From an uncultured Pseudomonadales bacterium (GTDB lineage: Bacteria; Patescibacteriota; Microgenomatia; UBA1400; PJMF01), in the NCBI GenBank assembly GCA_964637295.1, contig CAZWWE010000005.1, positions 1 to 63,363 on the forward strand: a stretch of DNA of 63,363 nt. Reading direction: 5' to 3'. The notes beneath the pieces were generated by a model. That model was not told the origin of the DNA. It worked only from the letters and a program-made list of their open reading frames with translations, and did no database searches. Shown here one piece after another: positions 16,411 to 26,075 of this stretch. How positions within the stretch are numbered: position 1 is the stretch's first letter; the number at the start of each line of letters is the position of its first letter. The position numbers and the translations under genes are program-made.

Positions 16411-17106
16411 TTATTTAACAATCGCTCTAGCTTTTCTCCAAGCCAAAGAGCCAAGACCAGCGAAGGCCAAAGCTTCAATCACTAAAATGGTGCTTAAATC
16501 AAAACCAGTAGCAGGAGTGCTTTTGGTAATGATTTTGCCACTATCGGTGGCTACACAAAAACTAGCATAATCACTATCGCTGACATCGTCAGAATGAGAA
16601 TAAGCATGAGCAGCATTGGTAATACAAGTAGTACCTGCTGGTAATTCACCTGCATTTTTGAAACGAGCAACGAAATAAACAGTTACTGATTCATCTGGAT
16701 CAAGACCACCTAAACCAAATTTGATTTTGTTATCAGTGGCTTCAGCACGATAATCGCCTTTTTCACTACTGACATAGACCATATAATCGTCTAAGCGATC
16801 GAAGTCGTCATTGATGCGTACACTGTCAACTTTAATATCAGAAATATTTTTGACACGTAATTTAAATTTAACTTCTTCACCTGGAGCAAAAGTGTAATCT
16901 TTAGCATCAATATTGTCCCAATAAGCATCGGCTTTAGGATTAAAAACTTTTTTATCTAAACTGAGGTCCCCAGTTTCACAAACTTCGCCACCACCATAAA
17001 CGGTGTGGCATTCTTTGGCGCTGGCTAAATTGCTAAAAAGTAACAAAAAACCAGTGATAATTAGAAAATAAGAAATGATTTTTTTCATATTAACTTTACT
17101 TGTCAT
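16411..17106 (-). CDS. secreted surface protein with C-terminal sortase-type sorting signal
   Basis: Signal peptide. The C-terminus has TPATG, then a hydrophobic helix, then the basic tail RKARAIVK. Alternative start at 17088 (MKKII). Confidence 0.75.
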   Translation of the reverse strand: MTSKVNMKKIISYFLIITGFLLLFSNLASAKECHTVYGGGEVCETGDLSLDKKVFNPKADAYWDNIDAKDYTFAPGEEVKFKLRVKNISDIKVDSVRINDDFDRLDDYMVYVSSEKGDYRAEATDNKIKFGLGGLDPDESVTVYFVARFKNAGELPAGTTCITNAAHAYSHSDDVSDSDYASFCVATDSGKIITKSTPATGFDLSTILVIEALAFAGLGSLAWRKARAIVK

Positions 17107-17114
17107 GATCGGCT

Positions 17115-17143
17115 ATTATATACTTATAATAGTATATTGTCAA
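17115..17143 (-). promoter_or_regulatory. consensus sigma70 promoter
   Basis: Minus strand TTGACA-17 nt-TATAAT, 8 nt upstream of the ATG at 17106. Confidence 0.6.
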
Positions 17144-17145
17144 TA

Positions 17146-17967
17146 TTATAGGATAACTGGCACTGCACTGACGAACAATCTTTGCCAAGAAGTGCCCGGT
17201 GGCCAGCAGGTTTGCAAAAGTAAAATATTTTCATTTTGACGGTCATTTACAAAAGCAGCGTCATTGCCCTTGACAATATTTTGTTCACTGACTTGATAAG
17301 TAAATTGCTGATCGCCTAAGTGCAAAATAATTTGGTCGCCACTTTTCAATTCTTTAATTTGATAAAAAACCGCGTTGTAAGCCTCCACATTCCAAACTCC
17401 ATTGGTCGAATGTCCAAAAATATAAATCAACTTGTTTTCTCCAGGAAAAGCCGAGTTGAGAGCGTGAGCCACACCTTCTTCCAAAGCCACTTGATATTCT
17501 TTGACATTATTGGGATCGACATTGGCTTGGACTTTTTCATAAAGATTTAATTTGGGAATCTCAATGTAAAATGATAGTTTTGCTTTATCCTTATTAGTAG
17601 CCAGTTCAGTGACTGCGCTTTGACCAGCTTCTTTTGGAGTTAAATTCGATTCTTTGGCAAAAATAGGCCAAGAACCATCGAGCTGAGCTTTCGTCCAATC
17701 AAAAAAGGCAAAGCTATTCTTTTCTGCTTCTCTAGGCAAAACCTTAATAAATTCGGGAATACTAAGCACAATTTGTTTCAGCTCAGTAACTTGATTTGGC
17801 CAAGTTTTGAGCTGTTCATAATTGGCAAAAGGATTGCTTAAAAAAACAAAAATTAAACTCAAGACAAAAGAAAAAATCGCCAAGCTTCTAAGGCTACGTG
17901 CTTTCTTTAAAAGAAATTTTACGGGTGCTTTTTTATAAAACCTCACCCTTGTTTTTTTCTTAAACAT
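17146..17967 (-). CDS. sortase family transpeptidase
   Basis: N-terminal TM anchor and the catalytic LLLQTCWP (TLxTC-type) motif near the C-terminus. Adjacent to its candidate substrate. Confidence 0.8.
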   Translation of the reverse strand: MFKKKTRVRFYKKAPVKFLLKKARSLRSLAIFSFVLSLIFVFLSNPFANYEQLKTWPNQVTELKQIVLSIPEFIKVLPREAEKNSFAFFDWTKAQLDGSWPIFAKESNLTPKEAGQSAVTELATNKDKAKLSFYIEIPKLNLYEKVQANVDPNNVKEYQVALEEGVAHALNSAFPGENKLIYIFGHSTNGVWNVEAYNAVFYQIKELKSGDQIILHLGDQQFTYQVSEQNIVKGNDAAFVNDRQNENILLLQTCWPPGTSWQRLFVSAVPVIL

Positions 17968-17999
17968 ATTATGGTTATTTGCGTCACTACAGCAATATA

Positions 18000-18482
18000 C
18001 TATAGGACATTATAGCGTGAGGAACGTAAAAAAGCAATTTGGCGGAGTTTTTTAAGCAATAAAAAGCCATAGCCAAAAAATAAATCACCAACTAAAGTAC
18101 GAGTATAAAAAGGTAAGGCTAGTGCATAACAAGTTAAGAATCCCTGCCAACTATGTTCATACCAGGCTAAAAAGACGCCAAAATTGGAAAGTAGAAAAAA
18201 ACTAAAAGAAGCTAAGGGTAAAAACAACCACTGCCTCTTAAAAAATTTGCGGGCTAAAAAGGCAAAAAATGGATAAGCGGCAAAACCAAGATAAGTCCAC
18301 CAAAATCCTTGATAAAAGCCACCTTTGAAGAAATCGAAAGCCACGATGGAAGCAAAATAAAATAAAAGATTACCGCCAAAAAAGCCGTAGGCTCCAAGTG
18401 GAGAAATATTGGCTGGCAAAAAACTGAATCTAGAAATATAGGTTAAGATTGCCCCGCTTAGACTAATAAGTGATTGCTTCAT
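18000..18482 (-). CDS. integral membrane protein (ECF S-component-like), unknown substrate
   Basis: About 160 aa with 5 hydrophobic helices. Coupled to the DUF4430-like gene upstream. Start trimmed to MKQSLISL. Confidence 0.55.
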   Translation of the reverse strand: MKQSLISLSGAILTYISRFSFLPANISPLGAYGFFGGNLLFYFASIVAFDFFKGGFYQGFWWTYLGFAAYPFFAFLARKFFKRQWLFLPLASFSFFLLSNFGVFLAWYEHSWQGFLTCYALALPFYTRTLVGDLFFGYGFLLLKKLRQIAFLRSSRYNVL

Positions 18483-18909
18483 ATTTGAGTTCGAGTCTTT
18501 CATTTTTTTGTAATTCGATTTGGGCAATGCCAGTTTGAGCATATTCACCATTTTGATAAACTGCCCAATAATTTTTGTTGTCTGCCATTAGACCATTCAC
18601 TCCTTCAATCATCGCCCCAAAATCATATTTTTTAAGACTTAATTTTACTTGACTCTCAACCAGCTCTAAAGCGTTTTGGCCTGAGGCGGTGGCAATAAAT
18701 TGATAACTTTCTTTCTGCTCTTCGTCGCCAACTTGAAACTCTAATTGAGCTGCTGGAGAAATACCAGGCTGGCTTGCTGCCTTTTTTGAGAGCGAATCGT
18801 CTGTAAAATTGTTAAATAAATGACGAATGTTTTCTTGACTTAATACTAGAAAACCAACTATCAGAATAAAAAAAACTACGATCAATTTATTAACATTTTT
18901 TGTCATCAC
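18463..18909 (-). CDS. DUF4430-like secreted/anchored protein
   Basis: N-terminal anchor plus C-terminal GVNGLMADNKNYWAVYQNGEYAQTGI, typical of DUF4430 (transcobalamin-like) domains. Confidence 0.6.
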   Translation of the reverse strand: MMTKNVNKLIVVFFILIVGFLVLSQENIRHLFNNFTDDSLSKKAASQPGISPAAQLEFQVGDEEQKESYQFIATASGQNALELVESQVKLSLKKYDFGAMIEGVNGLMADNKNYWAVYQNGEYAQTGIAQIELQKNERLELKYEAITY

Positions 18910-18937
18910 TCGTGCTATTCTAATATATAGGTTTTAA

Positions 18938-19861
18938 ATGAGCAAACGTCTTAAATCTTATTTTTTCATGATCGTTAGCACCTTCACTTGGGGAGCTTTT
19001 CTGCCAATTGTGAAGCTTGGTTTTAATGACTCTGAGATCACTCCTTTTCGTTTTCTATTTTATCGGTTTTGCTTGGCTGGCATACTTGCCATTCCCATCA
19101 TTGTTTATTATTGGCCCAAAATTAAACACCGCTGGCAAAGCTTAAAAACCATCATTTTTCTCGAGCTAATTGAAACTTCTCTTGCTCTTAGTTGCTTGTA
19201 CATTGGCCTTAGTCAAATTAGTGCTCTTGAAGCCAACATCATCACCACCAGTGCTCCATTATTTATCATTTTTGGCGGGATTATTTTTCTCAAAGAACGC
19301 CAAGATCGCCACGAATGGCTGGGCTTGATTTTTGCTCTGTTTGGCACAATTTTAATTACTCTGGAACCACTCTGGCACGGCAACGGGAGCTTAATGAATT
19401 CATTGAGTGGCAACCTATTGATCATTGCGCATAATATCTTTAACGCCATTTATTTTTTACTAGCCAAAAAACGCTATCATAAAATTCCCAAATTATTTGT
19501 CAGCAGCATTAGTTTTTATGTAGGGATGGTGACTTTTGCCATTCTTTCTCTGGTGGAGCTAAACTTTAATTTCGCTATTTTAAGTAGCCACATCGCTCAA
19601 GAGTTGAGCTCTCCGATAATTTTAGGAGTGGTTGCCTATGGCGCCATTTTTGGTTCAATTATTGGCTTGACTGCTTATATCAAAGGTCAGGACGGCATTG
19701 AAGCTTCTGAGGCCAGCTTATTTACTTATCTACAGCCAGCAATTTATATTCCTCTGGGTTATTTTTTACTTCAAGAATCAGCGAGTTGGCTACAAATCAT
19801 TTCACTAATGATTATTATTTTTGGCGTCTACCTTGCTAGTCGTCGCAAGAAAAATCTTTAA
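18938..19861 (+). CDS. EamA/DMT family transporter
   Basis: 307 aa with 10 TM helices as two EamA-like halves. Confidence 0.75.
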   Translation: MSKRLKSYFFMIVSTFTWGAFLPIVKLGFNDSEITPFRFLFYRFCLAGILAIPIIVYYWPKIKHRWQSLKTIIFLELIETSLALSCLYIGLSQISALEANIITTSAPLFIIFGGIIFLKERQDRHEWLGLIFALFGTILITLEPLWHGNGSLMNSLSGNLLIIAHNIFNAIYFLLAKKRYHKIPKLFVSSISFYVGMVTFAILSLVELNFNFAILSSHIAQELSSPIILGVVAYGAIFGSIIGLTAYIKGQDGIEASEASLFTYLQPAIYIPLGYFLLQESASWLQIISLMIIIFGVYLASRRKKNL

Positions 19862-21135
19862 TTTAAATTGCCACGCAATAACATCGTATCGACCACTCTT
19901 TTGATAGCAGTCATGTAAGTGGCCATGCGACCATCGACTTGATGTTTTTCTTTGGTACTCCACATTTCATCAAAGGAAGTTTCCATCAAAGGCTGTAATT
20001 TGCCGATAACTTCTTGATGAGACCAATAATAACCCTGTAAATTTTGTGCCCATTCGAAATAGGAAACAGTTACACCACCGGCATTAGCTAAAACATCTGG
20101 AACAAGGATGATGCCTTTTTTAGCTAAAATCTCATCAGCTTCTGGAGTAATTGGGCCATTAGCCATTTCAATAATCGCTTTAGCCTGAATTTTGGCAGCA
20201 TTGTCTTTATGAATAACATTTTCCAAAGCAGCGGGCACTAAAATATCAACTTTTAACTCTAGTAACTCTTCATTGCTGATAACTTTGCCAGTCCCAAAAT
20301 CACCGTGAGCCTGTTTGTGAGCTAAGGTTTTAGCAATATCTAGGCCTTCTTTTGCATAAATACCACCTCTTGAGCCGGAAACAGCTACGACTTTGTAACC
20401 GCGATCAGCAGCGTGTTTAGCAAACCAATAACCAACATTACCAAAACCCTGTATCGCTATGGTTACTTCTTTTTTGCTTTTAAACTTCATCTTCTCTACT
20501 AATTTTTCCAAAACCATCACTCCGCCAAGACCAGTCGCTTCATCACGGCCAGCAGAACCACCCATAGCCAAAGGTTTACCAGTAAAAGTGGCTAATGGAT
20601 TCTCTTGAATAAGACCTTTCTTACTTAGATTTTTTTGATATTGATCCACCATCCAAGCCATAATCTCACCAGTGGTATTTACATCTGGAGCTGGTACATC
20701 TACCCAAGGACCAATTTTATCCGTTATAAAATCTACATAAGCTCGGCTCAATTTTTCTAATTCTTTCTTAGAAAGTTCTTTGGGGTTCACTACAATTCCA
20801 CCTTTAGCACCTCCATAAGGGATCCCGGTTACCGCACATTTCCAAGTCATCCAAGTAGATAGGGCTTTAACCTCCTCCAAAGAAACATTTTGATGAAAAC
20901 GGATGCCACCTTTATATGGTCCTCTTGCATCGTTATGTTGAGATCTATAGGCTTGAAATTGTTTTTTTGAACCATCATCCATAGTGATTTCTAATTTGGT
21001 TTGATGAACGATATTTGGTTCTTTAAGACGATTAATGATGGCATCAAAATTGTCTTCTTTACCAGCATATTCGCTGCGCAAAAGTTTGGCGACTTTTTCT
21101 AATTGAGCAACGGCATTGGCATGAGGATTTGACAT
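19858..21135 (-). CDS. gdhA: glutamate dehydrogenase
   Basis: KGGIRFH and GGAKGG motifs plus the GFGNVG nucleotide-binding motif; 425 aa. Confidence 0.92.
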   Translation of the reverse strand: MSNPHANAVAQLEKVAKLLRSEYAGKEDNFDAIINRLKEPNIVHQTKLEITMDDGSKKQFQAYRSQHNDARGPYKGGIRFHQNVSLEEVKALSTWMTWKCAVTGIPYGGAKGGIVVNPKELSKKELEKLSRAYVDFITDKIGPWVDVPAPDVNTTGEIMAWMVDQYQKNLSKKGLIQENPLATFTGKPLAMGGSAGRDEATGLGGVMVLEKLVEKMKFKSKKEVTIAIQGFGNVGYWFAKHAADRGYKVVAVSGSRGGIYAKEGLDIAKTLAHKQAHGDFGTGKVISNEELLELKVDILVPAALENVIHKDNAAKIQAKAIIEMANGPITPEADEILAKKGIILVPDVLANAGGVTVSYFEWAQNLQGYYWSHQEVIGKLQPLMETSFDEMWSTKEKHQVDGRMATYMTAIKRVVDTMLLRGNLN

Positions 21136-21181
21136 GAAATTTTCCTTTTCTTTTAAATAATTGTTGATCAGTAAGAAATTA

Positions 21182-21211
21182 AATATACCCCTCGTGGGTA
21201 TACAGAGTCAA
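21182..21211 (-). promoter_or_regulatory. gdhA promoter with second ATACC-N7-GGTAT operator
   Basis: Minus strand TTGACT-18 nt-TATATT. The palindrome TATACCCACGAGGGGTATA (21184-21202) lies in the spacer and overlaps the -10, the same architecture as at 6126-6153. Confidence 0.5.
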
Positions 21212-21250
21212 GCCAGAATTTTCTCATGATCATGCAGTATAATAAGCCTT

Positions 21251-21988
21251 ATGTTTGGTCTTAAAATTCTTTCTAAACTCAATCAAAAAAAATATCGCAG
21301 TGAATATGGCTGTTTTATCGTTGAGGGCAAGAAAGGCGTAAATGACGCCATCGCGTCCGGAAAAGAAATTATTCAGCTGGTGATGACTAAACAATTTGCC
21401 AAACTAGAAAAAGGTTTTGGTGAAAATCATGAAACTCTAATCGTTGATGAAAAAGATTTTGCTAGATTGGCAGAAACCGTCACTCCATCAGGCATTGCTG
21501 CGATCGTGAGAATGCCAAAACATACTTTGGAAACCATTAAAAAGACTAAATTGATTGCCATTTTGGAAGATGTTCGTGACCCTGGCAATTTAGGTACTAT
21601 GATTAGAACTGCTGATTGGTTTGGATTAGATGGCATTTTATTGATTGGTGGCACCGATCCTTACCAACCCAAAGTCGTGCGTTCGAGCATGGGCTCTATT
21701 TTTCATTTGCCCATTGTCACTAGCCAAAATGGTGAAGCTGATCTAATCGAGCTTAAAAAAAGCGGCTTTAAAATTGTTGTCACCAGACCAGAAATAGCTG
21801 ATTCCAAAAAACTCGTCAACTTTAGAGATAAAACTGCCATTGTTTTTGGTAATGAATCCAAAGGCACTTCTAAAGAAATCGACCAGCTTGCTGATCAATC
21901 CTTAAGCATTCCTAGGCACGGCCAAGCCGAGTCACTTAACGTAGCAGTGAGTTTTGGAATTTTACTACATCAGATTAAAAATACTTAA
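21251..21988 (+). CDS. TrmH/SpoU family RNA 2'-O-methyltransferase
   Basis: 245 aa. LEDVRDPGNLGTMIRTA and GNESKG motifs of the SpoU family. Confidence 0.85.
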   Translation: MFGLKILSKLNQKKYRSEYGCFIVEGKKGVNDAIASGKEIIQLVMTKQFAKLEKGFGENHETLIVDEKDFARLAETVTPSGIAAIVRMPKHTLETIKKTKLIAILEDVRDPGNLGTMIRTADWFGLDGILLIGGTDPYQPKVVRSSMGSIFHLPIVTSQNGEADLIELKKSGFKIVVTRPEIADSKKLVNFRDKTAIVFGNESKGTSKEIDQLADQSLSIPRHGQAESLNVAVSFGILLHQIKNT

Positions 21989-22003
21989 TCTGTAAACTAC
22001 AGA

Positions 22004-22729
22004 TTACTTAGCGAAAAACTTAAATAGCCAACCAAGCATACTCTTGCTTTGAGTTTCCCCAAGAACAGTTTCTTCTAGTTGTGTATTTTGTTCTGTTAAA
22101 GCTTGAATGGTAGTTTCGATCACGTCGATTTCGCCTTGATTAGTGAGTTGAGTTTTTAGCTCCGTTAGTTTTTCAATGCGTAATTGATTTGCTTCAACTT
22201 GATCTTCCATGTTTTTTAAGGCTTTAAAATCTGGTCCTATCAAAGATTTAATTAAACCTTTACGGCTTCCTATCGTGTCGAGATTAGATTTAACTTGTTC
22301 TTGAGCCATTTTTTGCTCAGAAGCAATCTGTCTGACTTGTTCGCCAATCCCGCCTTTCATGGTCTTGTTAGTCAACAATTCCTCGACTTGAGTAGCGACA
22401 TTACTCATTTTTTCTTTGGCCATTTCGCTACGTGGAGATTCATTTTTTACACCGGTGCCAGTTTTTTCTAAATTAGTAGCTTTCTTTGTTTCGATCATTA
22501 ATTGTGAATCTTCACCTTGATTTTGGGTTTTAACTTGATTTTGAACTTGCACCACTGGCTGAGAAGGAGAAGTGGCGGTTACCGCTTTTTGATTGGCAAC
22601 AGAACCCTGACTCGAAGAACCGGTCATAGCGCCGCTGCCACCACCATCATTCTTGGCTGCTTGAGCAAAAGTGCTAAATGACAATAAAACCACGGTAGCT
22701 AAAAAGATTGATAAGGATTTGTTTTTCAT
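22004..22729 (-). CDS. secreted coiled-coil protein, unknown function
   Basis: Signal peptide followed by a Q/E/K-rich helical sequence. Confidence 0.6.
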   Translation of the reverse strand: MKNKSLSIFLATVVLLSFSTFAQAAKNDGGGSGAMTGSSSQGSVANQKAVTATSPSQPVVQVQNQVKTQNQGEDSQLMIETKKATNLEKTGTGVKNESPRSEMAKEKMSNVATQVEELLTNKTMKGGIGEQVRQIASEQKMAQEQVKSNLDTIGSRKGLIKSLIGPDFKALKNMEDQVEANQLRIEKLTELKTQLTNQGEIDVIETTIQALTEQNTQLEETVLGETQSKSMLGWLFKFFAK

Positions 22730-22766
22730 AATTTTGGCTCCTTATTTTCATACTAAACTTTTTTTG

Positions 22767-23309
22767 TTAAAAAGTAAAATTTCGAAGTTTATTTTGCATT
22801 TTTCCTCTGTGTTCCGGGAATGATGTTTCTCTCATGTTATTTGGTTGGTATCTCTGATAAAACTTGCGCATCGGTTCTCGTCTAAACCAAAAATCATTAA
22901 GACCAGTCAAATCAATTAAAAAAGCAGCTAAAATAATAGCAACAACAAAAACACCCACAATTAAAGAAAAATTATTTTTATAAGAGAAGTCGTATTTTTT
23001 AAGTAAGTAAATTCCAGAAATCATTCCTCCAAGAGCCAGTAACAAAATCCACCATGGAAAACTTTCTATCATCAGTTGCAATCGCCACTCGCCCATCGGA
23101 CCATGTTGGCGCAGTAAAAAGAAAATTAAGTTCATCAGAAAAATAGCACTAATGCTGGCAGCAATTAATCCAAGCATCATCGAAACAGAACCTAAAACAA
23201 AAAACCAGCGTGGTTTCATGTTAATGGCACCGGTGGTGATTTGAGCCATGACTATTTTTTCTAAATTAGGTTTAGGTTTTGTTTTGTTTTTGATTATTTT
23301 TTTTGACAT
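22767..23309 (-). CDS. membrane protein, candidate anti-sigma partner
   Basis: 4 TM helices. Overlaps the end of the ECF sigma gene by 16 nt. Confidence 0.5.
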   Translation of the reverse strand: MSKKIIKNKTKPKPNLEKIVMAQITTGAINMKPRWFFVLGSVSMMLGLIAASISAIFLMNLIFFLLRQHGPMGEWRLQLMIESFPWWILLLALGGMISGIYLLKKYDFSYKNNFSLIVGVFVVAIILAAFLIDLTGLNDFWFRREPMRKFYQRYQPNNMRETSFPEHRGKMQNKLRNFTF

Positions 23310-23836
23310 AATTTCTTCACTAAGTTTTTGGCGCGCTTAATTCTGGTGCCAACGGTCCCTATGGGAAGGCGCAAAATATCACTAATTTCTTCATAACTTT
23401 TTTCTTCTAAAAAATATAGTGTTAATGGTTCTTTATACAGAATTGGCATTTGATTAATGCAATTGTGCAGGTGAGCTTTTAATTCTTTTTTGATCAGATC
23501 ATCTTCTAAATCAATGCCACTATCTAGTTCCGAGTTTTCCTCTATCAAAGAGTGTTGCTTGTTTTTACGAATTAAATTAATAGCTTGATTATGAACAATG
23601 CGGTAAAGCCAACTAGAGAATTTCTTTTTGACATCAAAACTATGTAAATTAACGTAAGCTTTAATCAAAGCTTCTTGAACTGCATCAGCGGCTAATTGTT
23701 CATCATTAAATAAATACAGCGCATAACGCAATAATTTTTTCTCATAGCGATGAATAATTTCAGCATAAAAATTCTTGTCTTTAGTACGGACAATTTCGAC
23801 AATTTTTTCATCGCTTAAGTTTTTTAATGCTGACAT
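23294..23836 (-). CDS. ECF-type RNA polymerase sigma-70 factor
   Basis: Region 2 (WLYRIVHNQAINLIR) and region 4 (SYEEISDILRLPIGTVGTRIKRA) signatures. Confidence 0.85.
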   Translation of the reverse strand: MSALKNLSDEKIVEIVRTKDKNFYAEIIHRYEKKLLRYALYLFNDEQLAADAVQEALIKAYVNLHSFDVKKKFSSWLYRIVHNQAINLIRKNKQHSLIEENSELDSGIDLEDDLIKKELKAHLHNCINQMPILYKEPLTLYFLEEKSYEEISDILRLPIGTVGTRIKRAKNLVKKLCQKK

Positions 23837-23908
23837 TTTTAAGTAAGGATCATTCTATCATTTTAATAAGCAGCTCTCTTGTATCAAGAGAGCTGCTTCA
23901 TTTACAAC

Positions 23909-24280
23909 TTAGTGATTCACCCTACCTTGTCCATTGCCTCGACCCATGCCTCCGCCATTTTGCTGACCAAGTCCCAATTCTGCTCTGATGGCAGCTGCTT
24001 CAGCGGTTTTACCCTCTAAAGATAATTGGTGAGCTTCTGCGAATCTGGCAAAGTTCTCTGCAGTAATTCTACGAGTCACACCTTTGCCATCCATCAAGGC
24101 TTTCCAAGCATTGTAGTCTTTATTGGCAAAAGCCTGAGTCATCGCCTCATGACGCTCCTCTTTGTAATTTGGACCCTGAACAGTGGCATCACCTTTATAA
24201 GCGAATACTGTTTGAGGAAGTAAGGCGACTGCACCTAACACCAAGGCAGTTGCACCTAAAAACATAGTTTTTTTATTCAT
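23909..24280 (-). CDS. small secreted protein, unknown function
   Basis: Signal peptide and a Gly-rich C-terminus. Confidence 0.55.
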   Translation of the reverse strand: MNKKTMFLGATALVLGAVALLPQTVFAYKGDATVQGPNYKEERHEAMTQAFANKDYNAWKALMDGKGVTRRITAENFARFAEAHQLSLEGKTAEAAAIRAELGLGQQNGGGMGRGNGQGRVNH

Positions 24281-24391
24281 GATTGTCCTCCTTTCAAAAA
24301 GGATAATTTTTACTATCTACCATTAATACAAGAAAAGAGAAATATTTCTTTCAAGCAATTTTTAATCTGGAAAAAGATGTAAAATCAAATT

Positions 24392-24697
24392 ATGAAAATT
24401 CAAGTTCTGGGCTCCGGCTGTCCAACCTGTAAAAAATTATACGAAGTGGTACTAAAAGCCGCCAAAGAACTTAATCTAGAAAAACAAGTTGAGTATTTGT
24501 CCGGCAGTGAGGGTATTACTAGAATCATGGAGTTGGGGGCGATGAGTAGTCCGGTTTTGGCGATTGATGACCAAGTGGTGATGGCTGGCTTCAGTGGAGA
24601 TATCGAAAAAATTAAAACTCTAATTGCTGGGAAAAAAAGAAAAACCAATGAAGGTTGTTGCAAAAATAAAACTTGTAGCTGTGGAGGCAGTTGCTAA
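24392..24697 (+). CDS. thioredoxin-fold redox-active disulfide protein 2-like, with Cys-rich tail
   Basis: CPTC motif near the N-terminus. C-terminal CCKNKTCSCGGSC. Confidence 0.75.
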   Translation: MKIQVLGSGCPTCKKLYEVVLKAAKELNLEKQVEYLSGSEGITRIMELGAMSSPVLAIDDQVVMAGFSGDIEKIKTLIAGKKRKTNEGCCKNKTCSCGGSC

Positions 24698-25680
24698 TCA
24701 TGAGTGTCTTTACACCCATTCAACAGTTCGCTGATTTAGTGACTTATCAATGGTTAAATATTGTCCCACAAACTTATGTGGTCGACGCCCTTAATTTTTT
24801 TATTTATGATGTGATTAAAATTGGTTTGCTGATGTTGCTCATTAATACTGTCGTCACAATCACCGAATACTATTTCCCGATGGAAAAGGTGAGGGATATT
24901 CTCACCAAAAGACGACTCTATGGATTGGATTATTTCGTGGCAACTTTGCTGGGTATAGTGACCCCCTTCTGTTCTTGCTCATCGATTCCACTTTTTATTG
25001 GCTTTATTTCTGTCAAGATTCCCTTAGGAGTTACTTTTGCTTTTTTGATTAGTTCGCCTTTGGTAAATGAAGCTTCTTTGTATTTATTTCCGAGTATTTT
25101 TGGTCTAAAAGTCACCCTACTTTATAACGCAATTGGTATTTTGATTGCCATACTAGGAGGCATACTTATTCAAAAAATGAACATGGAAAAATATATTCGT
25201 CCAGAGTTTTTGAAATTTAAATCAAGAAAACAGATTGAGGAAAAATATGAGAGTACCAAAGTACCTCTGAAAGATTTAGTTAAATTGTGGCGAGGACAAG
25301 TCTTGGAAATTACTAAAAAAATTTTTCCTTATGTTTTACTTGGAGTTGCTATTGGCGCCTTAATTCATGGCTTTGTGCCAGAATCCCTAGTAACTAATTA
25401 TTTGTCTAGCAAATCTTGGTGGACAGTACCTATAGCCGTGTTACTTGGTGTTCCTCTCTACACTAATTCTATTGGCGTAGTACCAGTGGTTGAAGCTTTA
25501 ATTAACAAAGGTGTACCTATGGGCGCAGCACTCGCTTTTATGACAGCTTCTACCACCCTCTCGATTCCTTCTGGCTTAATGTTGGCTAAATTGATGAAAA
25601 AGGAACTATTAATAGCTTTCTTTGGCATCACCATTATTGGCATCATTTTTATGGGCTATTTATTTAATTTGATTTTGTAA
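24691..25680 (+). CDS. permease (DUF318 / ArsP-like family)
   Basis: 329 aa and multi-TM with a TPFCSCSSIP motif. Overlaps the upstream thioredoxin-like gene. Confidence 0.7.
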   Translation: MLIMSVFTPIQQFADLVTYQWLNIVPQTYVVDALNFFIYDVIKIGLLMLLINTVVTITEYYFPMEKVRDILTKRRLYGLDYFVATLLGIVTPFCSCSSIPLFIGFISVKIPLGVTFAFLISSPLVNEASLYLFPSIFGLKVTLLYNAIGILIAILGGILIQKMNMEKYIRPEFLKFKSRKQIEEKYESTKVPLKDLVKLWRGQVLEITKKIFPYVLLGVAIGALIHGFVPESLVTNYLSSKSWWTVPIAVLLGVPLYTNSIGVVPVVEALINKGVPMGAALAFMTASTTLSIPSGLMLAKLMKKELLIAFFGITIIGIIFMGYLFNLIL

Positions 25681-25693
25681 AAATAAAATCATT

Positions 25694-25912
25694 CTAAAAA
25701 ACTTCAAACAATTTGAGTTTGGATTTCATTCCTGAAAGGAATTTAATCGCAGATTTTTTAACTTGGAAATATTTTGCCAATACTTCGATGGCGGCCAAAT
25801 TAGCCTGATTATCTACCGCTTTTTGGGCCACGTAAACATTAAAATTATTCGAATCATTTTTAATAATTCTTGGTTTCTTGGATTTAGGATGAACTGTGAC
25901 GGAAATTTTCAT
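25694..25912 (-). CDS. DUF167 (YggU) family protein
   Basis: 72 aa with the AVDNQANLAAIEVLAKYF pattern typical of DUF167. Confidence 0.65.
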   Translation of the reverse strand: MKISVTVHPKSKKPRIIKNDSNNFNVYVAQKAVDNQANLAAIEVLAKYFQVKKSAIKFLSGMKSKLKLFEVF

Positions 25913-26075
25913 GATTTAAAAATGCAGTTTGCTTTCGAAAAAATTCGAATTGATTTTGCCCAAAATTTGCAGGGCCGGGCAAAATTTCCCTCAGAATCTC
26001 TTTTAACCGCCCATAGAGGCGACCATTTCTAAAGCGAAACTCTGAGCCTCGTTCATTTTGGCGGCAAATTATTTA

